From an uncultured Actinomycetes bacterium (GTDB lineage: Bacteria > Actinomycetota > Thermoleophilia > Gaiellales > Gaiellaceae), in NCBI GenBank assembly GCA_963738775.1, contig CAVTXU010000009.1:96040-160039 (forward strand): 64,000 nt of DNA. The letters run 5' to 3'. Below, in pieces: positions 37,648 to 45,824 of this stretch. The translations under genes and the position numbers were made by a program. Under the pieces are notes generated by a model. The model saw only the letters and a list, made by a program, of their open reading frames with translations, did not search any database and was not told the origin of the DNA. Within the stretch, counting starts at the first letter, position 1. Every line of letters begins with the position of its first letter.

Positions 37648-37837
37648 CGGCCTCCGCCTCGCGCTTCGCGCGCGCGAGCTCCGCTTCGACCTCCTTCGCG
37701 ATCTCGTTGAGCCGCGAGAGGATGTCGATCGCCTTGTCCGGATCGTCGTCCTCGGTCAGCGCCTCGAGCTCGGCGCGCGTCGCGTCGAGCTGCTGGAGCA
37801 GCGCCTCTGCGCGCTCGAGCGACTCCTCCGCGCTCAC
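37634..37837 (-). CDS. small acidic coiled-coil protein in the xseB position (possible exodeoxyribonuclease VII small subunit)
   Basis: 67 aa. GTG 37837 overlaps the nusB TGA (GTGA). SLERAEALLQQLDATRAELEALTEDDDPDKAIDILSRLNEIAKEVEAEL forms a two-helix pattern. The call rests mainly on its position between nusB and ispA, as in the Bacillus nusB-folD-xseA-xseB-ispA order. The canonical XseB LExG motif is not evident. Confidence 0.45.
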   Translation of the reverse strand: MSAEESLERAEALLQQLDATRAELEALTEDDDPDKAIDILSRLNEIAKEVEAELARAKREAEADVDA

Positions 37838-38214
37838 GCCACGCGCTCCCGCGCAATCCGTCCCAAGATGCCGTTCACGAGGCTTCCAGCCTCGTCGCTC
37901 GCGTAGCGCTTTGCAAGCTCCACCGCCTCGTTGATCGCGATCTCCGGCGGCACCGACTCAGTCTCGAGCTCGTAGATCCCGATCCGCAAGACGTTGCGCT
38001 CGATCGCGCCGAGGCGGTCGGCCGGCCAGCCCTCCGACGCGGCCGAGATCTTCGGGTCGAGGTCGTCGAGCCGATCGGTGACCGCTTCGGCCAGCTCCCG
38101 CGCGAACGGGTCGATCTCGCCCTCGTACAGCGAGGCCAGCGGCTGGCCGGTCACGTCAGACTGGTACAGGAGGAAGAGCGCCGTGCGACGGGCTGCGCGC
38201 CTGCCGCCGCTCAT
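37834..38214 (-). CDS. nusB: transcription antitermination factor NusB
   Basis: ATG 38214 overlaps the asp23-like TGA (ATGA). RRAARRTALFLLYQSDV...ERNVLRIGIYEL...PPEIAINEAVELAKRYASDEAGSLVNGILGRI. Confidence 0.88.
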   Translation of the reverse strand: MSGGRRAARRTALFLLYQSDVTGQPLASLYEGEIDPFARELAEAVTDRLDDLDPKISAASEGWPADRLGAIERNVLRIGIYELETESVPPEIAINEAVELAKRYASDEAGSLVNGILGRIARERVA

Positions 38215-38501
38215 GCCTCGAGCTCCGCCACGGTGACGTCGACCGAGTCGACGACGAGCCCGCACATCCCCGCGAGCGCGGACGTTACGTTCATCTGGAC
38301 GTCGCGCGCCAGCTCCGGCAGCACGGCGCCGATCGGCGCTGCGAGCTCGAGCTCGACCCGCGCCCGGCCCGCCTTCACCTCGATCTCGACGCCGCGGCGG
38401 CGGCGTGGACGTGCGCCCGGGACGAGCGCGACGGCGCCGGTCACGATCTGGTGCAGCGCGGCGTCGGTCACGGTCACGGAGCCGCCCGAGCGCTCGATCA
38501 C
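38211..38501 (-). CDS. Asp23/Gls24 family envelope stress protein
   Basis: VIERSGGSVTVTDAALHQIVTGAVALVPGAR...VEIEVKAGRARVELELAAPIGAVLPELARDVQMNVTSALAGMCGLVVDSVDVTVAEL. GTG 38501, or TTG 38510 overlapping the accC TGA. Confidence 0.72.
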   Translation of the reverse strand: MIERSGGSVTVTDAALHQIVTGAVALVPGARPRRRRGVEIEVKAGRARVELELAAPIGAVLPELARDVQMNVTSALAGMCGLVVDSVDVTVAELEA

Positions 38502-38506
38502 GTGGC

Positions 38507-39856
38507 TCAAGGCGCGGTCTCCACGAGGTTCAGCTCGTCGAGGTAGCTCGTCGTGTACTCGCCGCTCCGGAAACCGTCGCTGCGGAGCACGTCGAGAGCG
38601 AACCGGCGCGTGGTCGGGACGCCGACGATCTCGAGCTCCTCGAGCGCGCGCTCGGCGCGGGCGATCGCCGCCGGCCGGTCCTCGTCCCAGACGATCACCT
38701 TCGCCACCATCGAGTCGTAGAACGGCGTGATCTCGGCGCCGTCCTCGATCCACGTGTCGACGCGGATCCCCGGGCCGAGCGGCGGGCGGAAGCGCGCGAT
38801 CCGGCCGGGCGACGGCAGGAAGCCGCGCGTGGGATCCTCGGCGTTGATCCGCAGCTCGATCGCGTGGCCGCGACGCGGCGCCCGTCCGGTGACCGAGAGC
38901 CGCTCGCCGGCCGCGATCCGCAGCTGCTCGCGGACGATGTCGATTCCGGTGCAGAGCTCGCTGACCGGATGCTCGACCTGGAGGCGAGCGTTCAGCTCGA
39001 TGAACGAGAACGAGCCGTCTGCGCCGAGTAGGAACTCGAAGGTGCCCGCGTTCGCGTAGCCGATCGCGCGGCAGGCGCGCTCCGCGGCGGCCTCCATCTC
39101 CTCGCGCAGCGCGGGGTCGAGCGCGGGCGACGGCGACTCCTCGACGAGCTTCTGGTGGCGGCGCTGGATCGAGCACTCGCGCTCGCCGAGCGTCAGCACG
39201 CCGCCGTCGAGGTCGCACAGCACCTGCACCTCGACGTGGCGCGCCGGGACGACGGCCTTCTCGAGGTAGAGGTCGCCGTTGCCGAACGCGGCCTGAGCCT
39301 CGGCGGACGCGTTCTGGAAAGCCGTGTCGAGATCGGCCGCATCCGTGACGAGCCGCATCCCCTTGCCGCCGCCGCCGGCCGATGCCTTGAGCAGCACCGG
39401 ATAGCCGAGCTCGGAGGCCGCCGCCCTCGCCTCGTCCAGCGTCGCGGCGCCGTCGGTGCCGGGGACGAGCGGCACATCGGCTGCGCGCAGCTCGTGCTTG
39501 GCGAGCGCCTTGTCGCCCATCCGCTCCATCACCTCGGCGCCCGGCCCGACGAAGACGAGGTCGTGCTCCTCGCAGGCGCGGACGAAATCGGGGTTCTCGG
39601 AGACGAAGCCGTAGCCGGGGTGAACCGCGTCGCAGCCGGTGGTCTCGGCCGCCGCGATCAGCGCCGGGATGCTGAGATAGCTGGCGGCAGCCGGCGGCGG
39701 GCCGATCCGCACGGCGCGATCGGCGATGCGCGTGTGCAGCGCGCCATCGTCGGCGGTGGAGTAGACCGCGACCGCCTCGATGTCGAGCTCGTGCAGGGCG
39801 CGGATCACGCGCACGGCGATCTCGCCGCGGTTCGCCACGAGCACGCGCTGGAACAT
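38507..39856 (-). CDS. accC: acetyl-CoA (biotin) carboxylase, biotin carboxylase subunit
   Basis: MFQRVLVANRGEIAVRVIRA...YPVLLKASAGGGGKGMRLV...ERECSIQRRHQKLVEE...IELNARLQVEHPVSE. ATG 39856 overlaps the upstream TGA (TGATG). Confidence 0.93.
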   Translation of the reverse strand: MFQRVLVANRGEIAVRVIRALHELDIEAVAVYSTADDGALHTRIADRAVRIGPPPAAASYLSIPALIAAAETTGCDAVHPGYGFVSENPDFVRACEEHDLVFVGPGAEVMERMGDKALAKHELRAADVPLVPGTDGAATLDEARAAASELGYPVLLKASAGGGGKGMRLVTDAADLDTAFQNASAEAQAAFGNGDLYLEKAVVPARHVEVQVLCDLDGGVLTLGERECSIQRRHQKLVEESPSPALDPALREEMEAAAERACRAIGYANAGTFEFLLGADGSFSFIELNARLQVEHPVSELCTGIDIVREQLRIAAGERLSVTGRAPRRGHAIELRINAEDPTRGFLPSPGRIARFRPPLGPGIRVDTWIEDGAEITPFYDSMVAKVIVWDEDRPAAIARAERALEELEIVGVPTTRRFALDVLRSDGFRSGEYTTSYLDELNLVETAP

Positions 39857-41667
39857 CAGACGGCGTCGAGCGGCCGGGCGCCGACCCGCTCGAGCTCGAA
39901 GAGGAGCTGGCCGAACTCGACCGGCTGTGCGTTGTCGACGTGGATCGAGCGGACGATCCCCTCGACGTCGGCCTTCACCTCGTTCATCAGCTTCATCGCC
40001 TCGAGGATGCAGAGCGTCTCGCCGGGCGCGACCGCGTCGCCGACCTCGACGAACGCCGGCGAGCCGGGCTGCGCGGCGCGGTAGAAGGTGCCGACCATCG
40101 GCGCTTCGACCTGCACGAGCCCGTTGTCGCGCGGGCGGACCGGCGCCGGCTCGGGCTCCGCGGTCGCGAGCGGATCGAAGACGCCCTCGAGCGGCTCGTC
40201 CGTGCGGCGGACGGAGACGCGCATCCCGTCCTCCTCGATCTCGATCTCGGCGACGCCCGACTCCTGGACGATGCGCACGAGCTCGCGGATCCGCTCCGCC
40301 TGGTGCCGGTCGACACCCGACGCGCCGAGGGAGTCCTCGGGCTCGGCGCGCCCGCGGATCGCGCGCAGCAGAGACTCGGCGTCCTCGCCGAACAGGCCGA
40401 GCAGGAGCAGCTCCTCCTCGCTCGAGGCGAGGCCCTCGGCCTGCTCGCGCACGTCGCTGAGCTCGACCGGCGTCGCGTCCTCGGTGCTCTCCGGGTCGCG
40501 TTGCAGCTCGACCGCGCGGCGGACGATCGGGTCGATCGGGCCCGGCGGCGTGCCGTACCGGCCCTCGAGCAGCGAGCGCAGCTCGTCGGTGACGGTGACG
40601 TAGCGGCTCGCCGAGAGCACGTGCAGCAGCGCCTGCGAGCCGAGAATCTGACCGATCGGCGGCGCAAGCGGCGGCCAGCCGGCCTCGGTGCGGATCGTGT
40701 CGAGCTCGACCAGCACGTCCTCGAGCCGGTCGCCCGCAGCGTGCGTGCGCAGGTGGACGTCGAGGGCCGCGACGAGCCCTGCGGGAATCTCGTGCTCGGC
40801 GGCGCGGACGGCGATCCGCGGCGCGAGCGGCGCGACGGGCTCGTCGCCGATGTGCTCGTCGACGAGATCGGAGGCGCGCCACAGCGCCGGCACGTCGACG
40901 CCGGTCGCGAGCCCGAGCCCCTCGAGCGCCTCGGCGACTCCCTGGCCCGAGACGCGATGGAGCGCGAGCGCCAGCGGGAAGATCGAGCAGGAGATCAGGT
41001 CGGCTCCGGCGCGCGCGGCCTCGAGCACGGTCGCGAGCGAGCCGCCCCACGCGCCCTGGCAGTAGATCCCGACGGGGAGCCCGCTCGCCTCCTGGAGCGC
41101 GCCGACGAGCTCGTGCGCGCGGTGCGGCAGCAGCGAGCCGGTCGGATCGTGGAGCAGCACCCGCGCCGCGCCGAGCTCGGGCAGCCTCCGCGCCTGGCTC
41201 ACGAGCGCGTCGGTCTCGCCGGTCAACCCGGAGCCGTAGACGAGCCCCGCCTCGAACGCGCCGCCGGCAGCGGCGATCGCCTCGGCCGCCTCGCTCAGGT
41301 TCGAGACGTCGTTCAAGGGATCATGAAGACGGAACACGTCGATCCCGTTCTCCGCGGCGCAGGCGACGAAGCGGCGCACGAAGTCGCCGTCGACGGGCCG
41401 CGACCCGACGAGGAAGCGTCCGCGCAGCGCGAGCCCGAGCGGCGTCTTCGTCCGCGCCTTGATCGCGCGGATCCGCTCCCACGGGCTCTCGACGCCGCGC
41501 TTGACCGCGCTGTCGAACACGCCGCCGCCCGAGACCTCGAGGGTCGCAAAACCGGCGCCGTCGAGGATCTCCGCGAGCGCGAGCAGTTCCGCGGTCGGCA
41601 TCCGCCCGGCCAGCGGCTCCTGGCCGAGAAGGCGAATCGTCGTATCGGCGAGAGCGGTGATGCCCAA
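39856..41667 (-). CDS. 5S-type carboxyltransferase (OadA / pyruvate carboxylase B-like TIM barrel) fused to a C-terminal biotin carboxyl carrier domain, in the accB position
   Basis: Proposed TTG 41667, 2 nt after the efp TAA. N-terminal 440 aa are colinear with oxaloacetate decarboxylase alpha / transcarboxylase 5S (LADTTIRLLGQEPLAGRMPTAELLALAEILDGAGFATLEV...GIDVFRLHDPLND...LLHDPTGSLLP...GIYCQGAWGGSLATVLEAARAGADLI). C-terminus is VEAPMVGTFYRAAQPGSPAFVEVGDAVAPGETLCILEAMKLMNEVKA (biotinyl-Lys motif). Confidence 0.8.
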   Translation of the reverse strand: MGITALADTTIRLLGQEPLAGRMPTAELLALAEILDGAGFATLEVSGGGVFDSAVKRGVESPWERIRAIKARTKTPLGLALRGRFLVGSRPVDGDFVRRFVACAAENGIDVFRLHDPLNDVSNLSEAAEAIAAAGGAFEAGLVYGSGLTGETDALVSQARRLPELGAARVLLHDPTGSLLPHRAHELVGALQEASGLPVGIYCQGAWGGSLATVLEAARAGADLISCSIFPLALALHRVSGQGVAEALEGLGLATGVDVPALWRASDLVDEHIGDEPVAPLAPRIAVRAAEHEIPAGLVAALDVHLRTHAAGDRLEDVLVELDTIRTEAGWPPLAPPIGQILGSQALLHVLSASRYVTVTDELRSLLEGRYGTPPGPIDPIVRRAVELQRDPESTEDATPVELSDVREQAEGLASSEEELLLLGLFGEDAESLLRAIRGRAEPEDSLGASGVDRHQAERIRELVRIVQESGVAEIEIEEDGMRVSVRRTDEPLEGVFDPLATAEPEPAPVRPRDNGLVQVEAPMVGTFYRAAQPGSPAFVEVGDAVAPGETLCILEAMKLMNEVKADVEGIVRSIHVDNAQPVEFGQLLFELERVGARPLDAV

Positions 41668-41669
41668 CC

Positions 41670-42236
41670 TTACGCCCTCGAGATGTAACGCCCTTCGCGC
41701 GGATCGACCTTGATGCGGTCGCCCGGGTTCACGAAGAGCGGCACCTGCACGACCGCGCCCGTCTCGAGCGTGGCCGGCTTCGTCACGTTCGAGACCGTGT
41801 CGCCCTTCACCCCGGACTCGGTCTCGCTCACGGTCAGCTCGAGTGAGGACGGCAGCTGAACCCCCGACGGCTTGCCGCCGACGAACAGGAGCTGCACCGA
41901 GCTCGATGGGACGAGGTACGGCAGCTCGTCCTCGAGCGTCGCGCGCCCGAGCGAGAGCTGTTCGTAGGTCTCGGCGTCCATGAACACGACCTCGTCGTCG
42001 GAGTCGTAGAGGTACTGCATGTTCTTCACCTCGGTGAAGACCCGCGCGAACTTCTCGCCGGCACGGAAGGTGCGATCGACGACGGAGCCCGAGTCGATGC
42101 TCTTCACCTTCGTGCGCACGAACGCGCCGCCCTTGCCCGGCTTGACGTGCTGGAACTCGACGATCCGCCACACCGAGCCCTCGATCTCGATGTGCATCCC
42201 GTTCTTGAACTCGTTGGTGGAGACGACGTCGGCCAC
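41670..42236 (-). CDS. efp: elongation factor P
   Basis: GTG start. VSTNEFKNGMHIEIEGSVWRIVEFQHVKPGKGGAFVRTKVK...TESGVKGDTVSNVTKPATLETGAVVQVPLFVNPGDRIKVDPREGRYISRA. Confidence 0.95.
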   Translation of the reverse strand: MADVVSTNEFKNGMHIEIEGSVWRIVEFQHVKPGKGGAFVRTKVKSIDSGSVVDRTFRAGEKFARVFTEVKNMQYLYDSDDEVVFMDAETYEQLSLGRATLEDELPYLVPSSSVQLLFVGGKPSGVQLPSSLELTVSETESGVKGDTVSNVTKPATLETGAVVQVPLFVNPGDRIKVDPREGRYISRA

Positions 42237-42290
42237 GGCAGGCGAGTCTAGCCGACAGCGAATCGGTGTCAGGCGTATCGTTTGGGTGCT

Positions 42291-42905
42291 GTGAGACCCA
42301 GGGGCGCGCTACTCGCTGCCTGCCTGCTGCTAGTCGGAGCTACCAGCAGCGCTTCCGCGGGCAATCCCTGGCAGCTTCGTTGCCCGCTGATGCCGAGGGA
42401 ACAGTCGATGCCGGCTGCGGTGCGGGCCGCCGCGTTGACGTTCTTCCCGTGGATTCGGCCGGCGGAGAAGGGTCTGCGCGCCGGCCCCGTCTATCTCGTC
42501 GCGCTTTCGAGCAACACTTCCATTTCCCGCGACGGAGACGACACCGATGGCGCCGGCTACTACCTTCACCGAGCACTGATCGCGATCGCCCCGTCGCAGT
42601 CAGGCAGCGTGACGATCACGGGGAATCGCATCGGCAGTAGCGGCAGGCGTACCGATTTGGGCTTCTCGACCAACGGTGCCACCAGCTGTACCGTGAAAGC
42701 ACCCGATGTCTCGTGCGTCGGCCGTCGCCCGCTGCAATTCGCATCGACTCTGAGGATCCAGCCACATTCCGGCTGGAGGATCGTCCGAACAGAGCTACGG
42801 ATAGGACGCACGGGCTGCTTCCAACTGACCGCGACGGGTCCCGCGCTCAGGCAGACGATCCCGCTCGCCATTCCCGGTCCCGACTACGGCACGCCGGGCT
42901 GGTAG
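42291..42905 (+). CDS. hypothetical secreted Cys-containing protein on a lower-GC insert
   Basis: GTG 42291 (or TTG 42282). Signal peptide VRPRGALLAACLLLVGATSSASA then GNPW. Cysteines in the mature part. Visibly lower GC3 (cta, gga, aat, ctt, cgt codons) than neighbours. No family recognised. Confidence 0.5.
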   Translation: MRPRGALLAACLLLVGATSSASAGNPWQLRCPLMPREQSMPAAVRAAALTFFPWIRPAEKGLRAGPVYLVALSSNTSISRDGDDTDGAGYYLHRALIAIAPSQSGSVTITGNRIGSSGRRTDLGFSTNGATSCTVKAPDVSCVGRRPLQFASTLRIQPHSGWRIVRTELRIGRTGCFQLTATGPALRQTIPLAIPGPDYGTPGW

Positions 42906-42910
42906 ACGAC

Positions 42911-43948
42911 CTAACCGACCGCGGTCAGCTCCTTCGGGAGGTGGGTCAGCACCTCCGGCCCGCTGTCGCGCACGACGACGAGGTCTTCGATGCGGACGCC
43001 GCCGAGGCCCGCGATGTAGATGCCTGGCTCGACGGTCACGATGTTGTTCACCGCGAGCGTGTCGACGGAGAGCGTCGAGAGCGTCGGCATCTCGTGGATC
43101 TCGAGCCCGACGCCGTGCCCGAGGCCGTGGGCGAACGCATCGCCGTAGCCCGCGGCGGAGATCGCGTCGCGCGCCACCGCGTCGACGGCGACGCCCTCGG
43201 CACCGGGGAGCACCGCGTCGAGCGCAGCGACCTGTGCGGCGAGACACGTCTCGTAGATCGTCGCCAGCTCGTCGGAGAGCCCGCCGGTCGAGTAGGTGCG
43301 CGTGCAGTCCGAGCAATAGCCGTCGACCATGCAGCCGGCGTCGACGACGACGAGCTGGCCCCGCTCGATGATGCGCGCGCCCGGGCTCGCGTGCGGCAGC
43401 GCGCCGTTCGGTCCGGCGGCGACGATCGCGGTGAACGAGCTCCCGTCGGCGCCGAGGTCGCGGAAGCTCTTCTCGAGCTGCCAGACGAGCTCGCGCTCGG
43501 TGCGGCCGAGAAACGGCGAGGCTGCGAGCAGCGCGAACCCCTCGTCGGCGATCTCCGCGGCGCGGCGGATCGCGGCGATCTCGCCCTCGTCCTTCACCGC
43601 GCGCAGCCCCTCGACGAGACCCACGCGCGGCACGAGCTCGAGCCCACCCGAGGCGAGCGTCCCGTACGAGTCGAAGCTGACGTGCGCCGACTCGAAGCCG
43701 ACCCGGCCCGCGAGCCGCTCCGCGAGATCCTTGACGAGCGAGCGCTTCGTCTCGACGAGCTCGACGCCCTCGATCGTCCGCGCCTTCTCGACGTACCGGA
43801 AATCCGTGTAGAGGCGCGTCGGGCCGTCCGGGTCGACGAGGAGCGCCGCGTTCGAGCTCTCCAGGCCGCAGAGGTAGCGGACGTTGATCGCCTTCGTGAC
43901 GAGCAGCGGCTCCTCGAGCAGCGCGCGCAGATTGTCGAGCCGGCTCAT
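42911..43948 (-). CDS. pepP: Xaa-Pro aminopeptidase/dipeptidase (M24B)
   Basis: 345 aa. VVDAGCMVDGYCSDCTRTY...HGLGHGVGLEIHE...TVEPGIYIAGLGGVRIEDLVVV (M24 metal ligands). ATG overlaps the aroQ TGA (ATGA). Confidence 0.85.
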   Translation of the reverse strand: MSRLDNLRALLEEPLLVTKAINVRYLCGLESSNAALLVDPDGPTRLYTDFRYVEKARTIEGVELVETKRSLVKDLAERLAGRVGFESAHVSFDSYGTLASGGLELVPRVGLVEGLRAVKDEGEIAAIRRAAEIADEGFALLAASPFLGRTERELVWQLEKSFRDLGADGSSFTAIVAAGPNGALPHASPGARIIERGQLVVVDAGCMVDGYCSDCTRTYSTGGLSDELATIYETCLAAQVAALDAVLPGAEGVAVDAVARDAISAAGYGDAFAHGLGHGVGLEIHEMPTLSTLSVDTLAVNNIVTVEPGIYIAGLGGVRIEDLVVVRDSGPEVLTHLPKELTAVG

Positions 43949-44379
43949 TTCTGCTCCGTTTCAGCGAGGAACTCGAGCGCCTCGCGGTAGCCGTCGGGGC
44001 CCTTGCCCATGATCCGCTTCGTCGCCAGGTCGGCGAGGACGGAGAAGCGACGCCACTCCTCGCGCTCCTCGATGTTCGAGAGGTGCACCTCGACCACCGG
44101 GCACTCGAACAGCTCGACCGCGTCGCGGAGCGCGTAGCTGTAGTGCGTCCACGCGGCCGGATTGAGGACGACGCCGTCGGCCCACGTATAGGCGTCGTGG
44201 ATCCAGTCGATGTACTCGCCCTCGCTGTTCGTCTGGCGGCAGCGGACGTTCATCGCGAGCGCGGATGCCCACTCGTAGATCCGCGTCTCGAGCTCCGAGG
44301 CGGAGATGCCGCCGTAGAGCTTCGGGTCGCGGCGGCCCAGGACGTCGAGGTTGACTCCGTTGAGGACGGCGACGCGCAC
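43945..44379 (-). CDS. aroQ: type II 3-dehydroquinate dehydratase
   Basis: VAVLNGVNLDVLGRRDPKLYG...CRQTNSEGEYIDWIH...GVVLNPAAWTHYSYALRDA...VEVHLSNIEEREEWRRFS. Confidence 0.9.
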   Translation of the reverse strand: MRVAVLNGVNLDVLGRRDPKLYGGISASELETRIYEWASALAMNVRCRQTNSEGEYIDWIHDAYTWADGVVLNPAAWTHYSYALRDAVELFECPVVEVHLSNIEEREEWRRFSVLADLATKRIMGKGPDGYREALEFLAETEQK

Positions 44380-44388
44380 GGCCGGACT

Positions 44389-45818
44389 CTACTGGGCGAT
44401 CAGCGAGTCGAGGGCTGCACGGACCGCGTCGTCGGGCAGCTCGACGCCGGTGATCGGCCGGCCGGGCGCCTCGAGCAGGACGAGCTTGACCCGTCCCGAC
44501 TCGACCTTCTTGTCACGGTGCAGAGCCTCCCAAGCGCGGTCGCGGTCGACGCGCGCCGGCTCGAGCGGGAGCGCATCCTCCAGCGTCTTGAGCACCAGCG
44601 GTTCGAGGCCCGTGTGCTCGACGGAGAGCCGGAGCGCTGCGTGGAGCCCGAGCCCGACCGCGCGGCCGTGGGTCAGCTCGGCGTAGCCGCCGGCCGCCTC
44701 GAGCGCGTGCGCGAAGGTGTGGCCCAGGTTGAGCGCGGCGCGCGGCCCGCGGTCGAGCGGATCGCGGATGCAGTACGCGGACTTGACCGCGGCGCAGCGG
44801 CGCACCTGCTCGAGATCGGGCAGCTCCCAGAGCGGCTCGCCCACGAGCAGGCCGGTCTTGACGACCTCGGCGCGACCTTCCGTGCGCTCGGTGTGCGGCA
44901 GCGTCTCGAGCAGCGCCGGGTCGATCACGACGCGCGCGGGCCAGTGGAAGGCGCCGACGAGGTTCTTGCCGCCGGCGAGATCGAGCGCCGTCTTGCCGCC
45001 GAGACCCGCGTCGACCTGGCCGACGAGCGAGGTCGGAACCGGCACCCAGGCGATCCCGCGCAGGTACGTCGCCGCGGCGAATCCGGCCGCGTCGGTCGTG
45101 CAGCCGCCGCCGAGCGCGACGAGCGTGCCCTTGCGGTCGAGCCGCAGCTCGCTCCAGAGCCGCTCCAGCGCGGCGACGGTCTTCGCCTCCTCGCCGGCGG
45201 GCAGCTCGTGCGTGGAGACGAGCCGGTCGCCGAGCGCGAGCTGCGCGGCGGCGCCGTGGATCCCGCCGACGCGCGGGTCGGAGACGAGCGCGACCGGGCC
45301 GTCGCCGGGAACGAGCGTGCCGAGCTCGGCCAGCGAGCCGAGACCGACGTGGACGCCGGCCGCCGCGAGCAGCGCTCCGTCGAGATCACGGGCACGCCCG
45401 TCCGCAGCCGCCTCGTAGACGGGGAGGCGCTCCGCATACAGCGCGAGGAACTGCTCCTCGTTGCGGGCGTTCGGTCGGCCGGTCGCCTCGGCCCGCTCCC
45501 ACGCGACTGCGGGCTCGACCTCGACCAGGATCGTGAAGGCGCGCTCGCGCAGGAGGGCACGCGTCGCGTCCGAGCCGAGCGCGCCGCCGCCGAGCGCGAT
45601 CACCGCCGGCTCCGGCGAGCGCAGAGCCTCGGCGATCGCCGCCTCCTCGATCACGCGAAACGCCGCCTCGCCCGAGTCGCGGAAGATGTCGGCGATCGAC
45701 GGGCCACGGCGACTCGATCTCGGCGTCGACGTCGACGAGCGGCCGCGTCAGAACCGACTGCGCAGCCGCGCGCCGAGCGTGCTCTTGCCCGCGCCCATGT
45801 AGCCGATCAGGGCGACAT
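44389..45818 (-). pseudogene. aroB: fused shikimate kinase / 3-dehydroquinate synthase (AroK-AroB), about three frame breaks within the first 110 nt
   Basis: ATG 45818 (MSP) / LIGYMGAGKSTLGAR (Walker A) / LAAQSVLTRPLVDVDAEIE / SRRGPSIADIFRDSGEAAFRVIEEAAIAEAL. It then runs uninterrupted into AroB (LPAGEEAKT...LGGGCTTDAAGFAAATYLRGI...VGQVDAGLGGKTALD...LNLGHTFAHALE) with no stop between the kinase and synthase parts. Confidence 0.8.
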
Positions 45819-45824
45819 GGCTGT

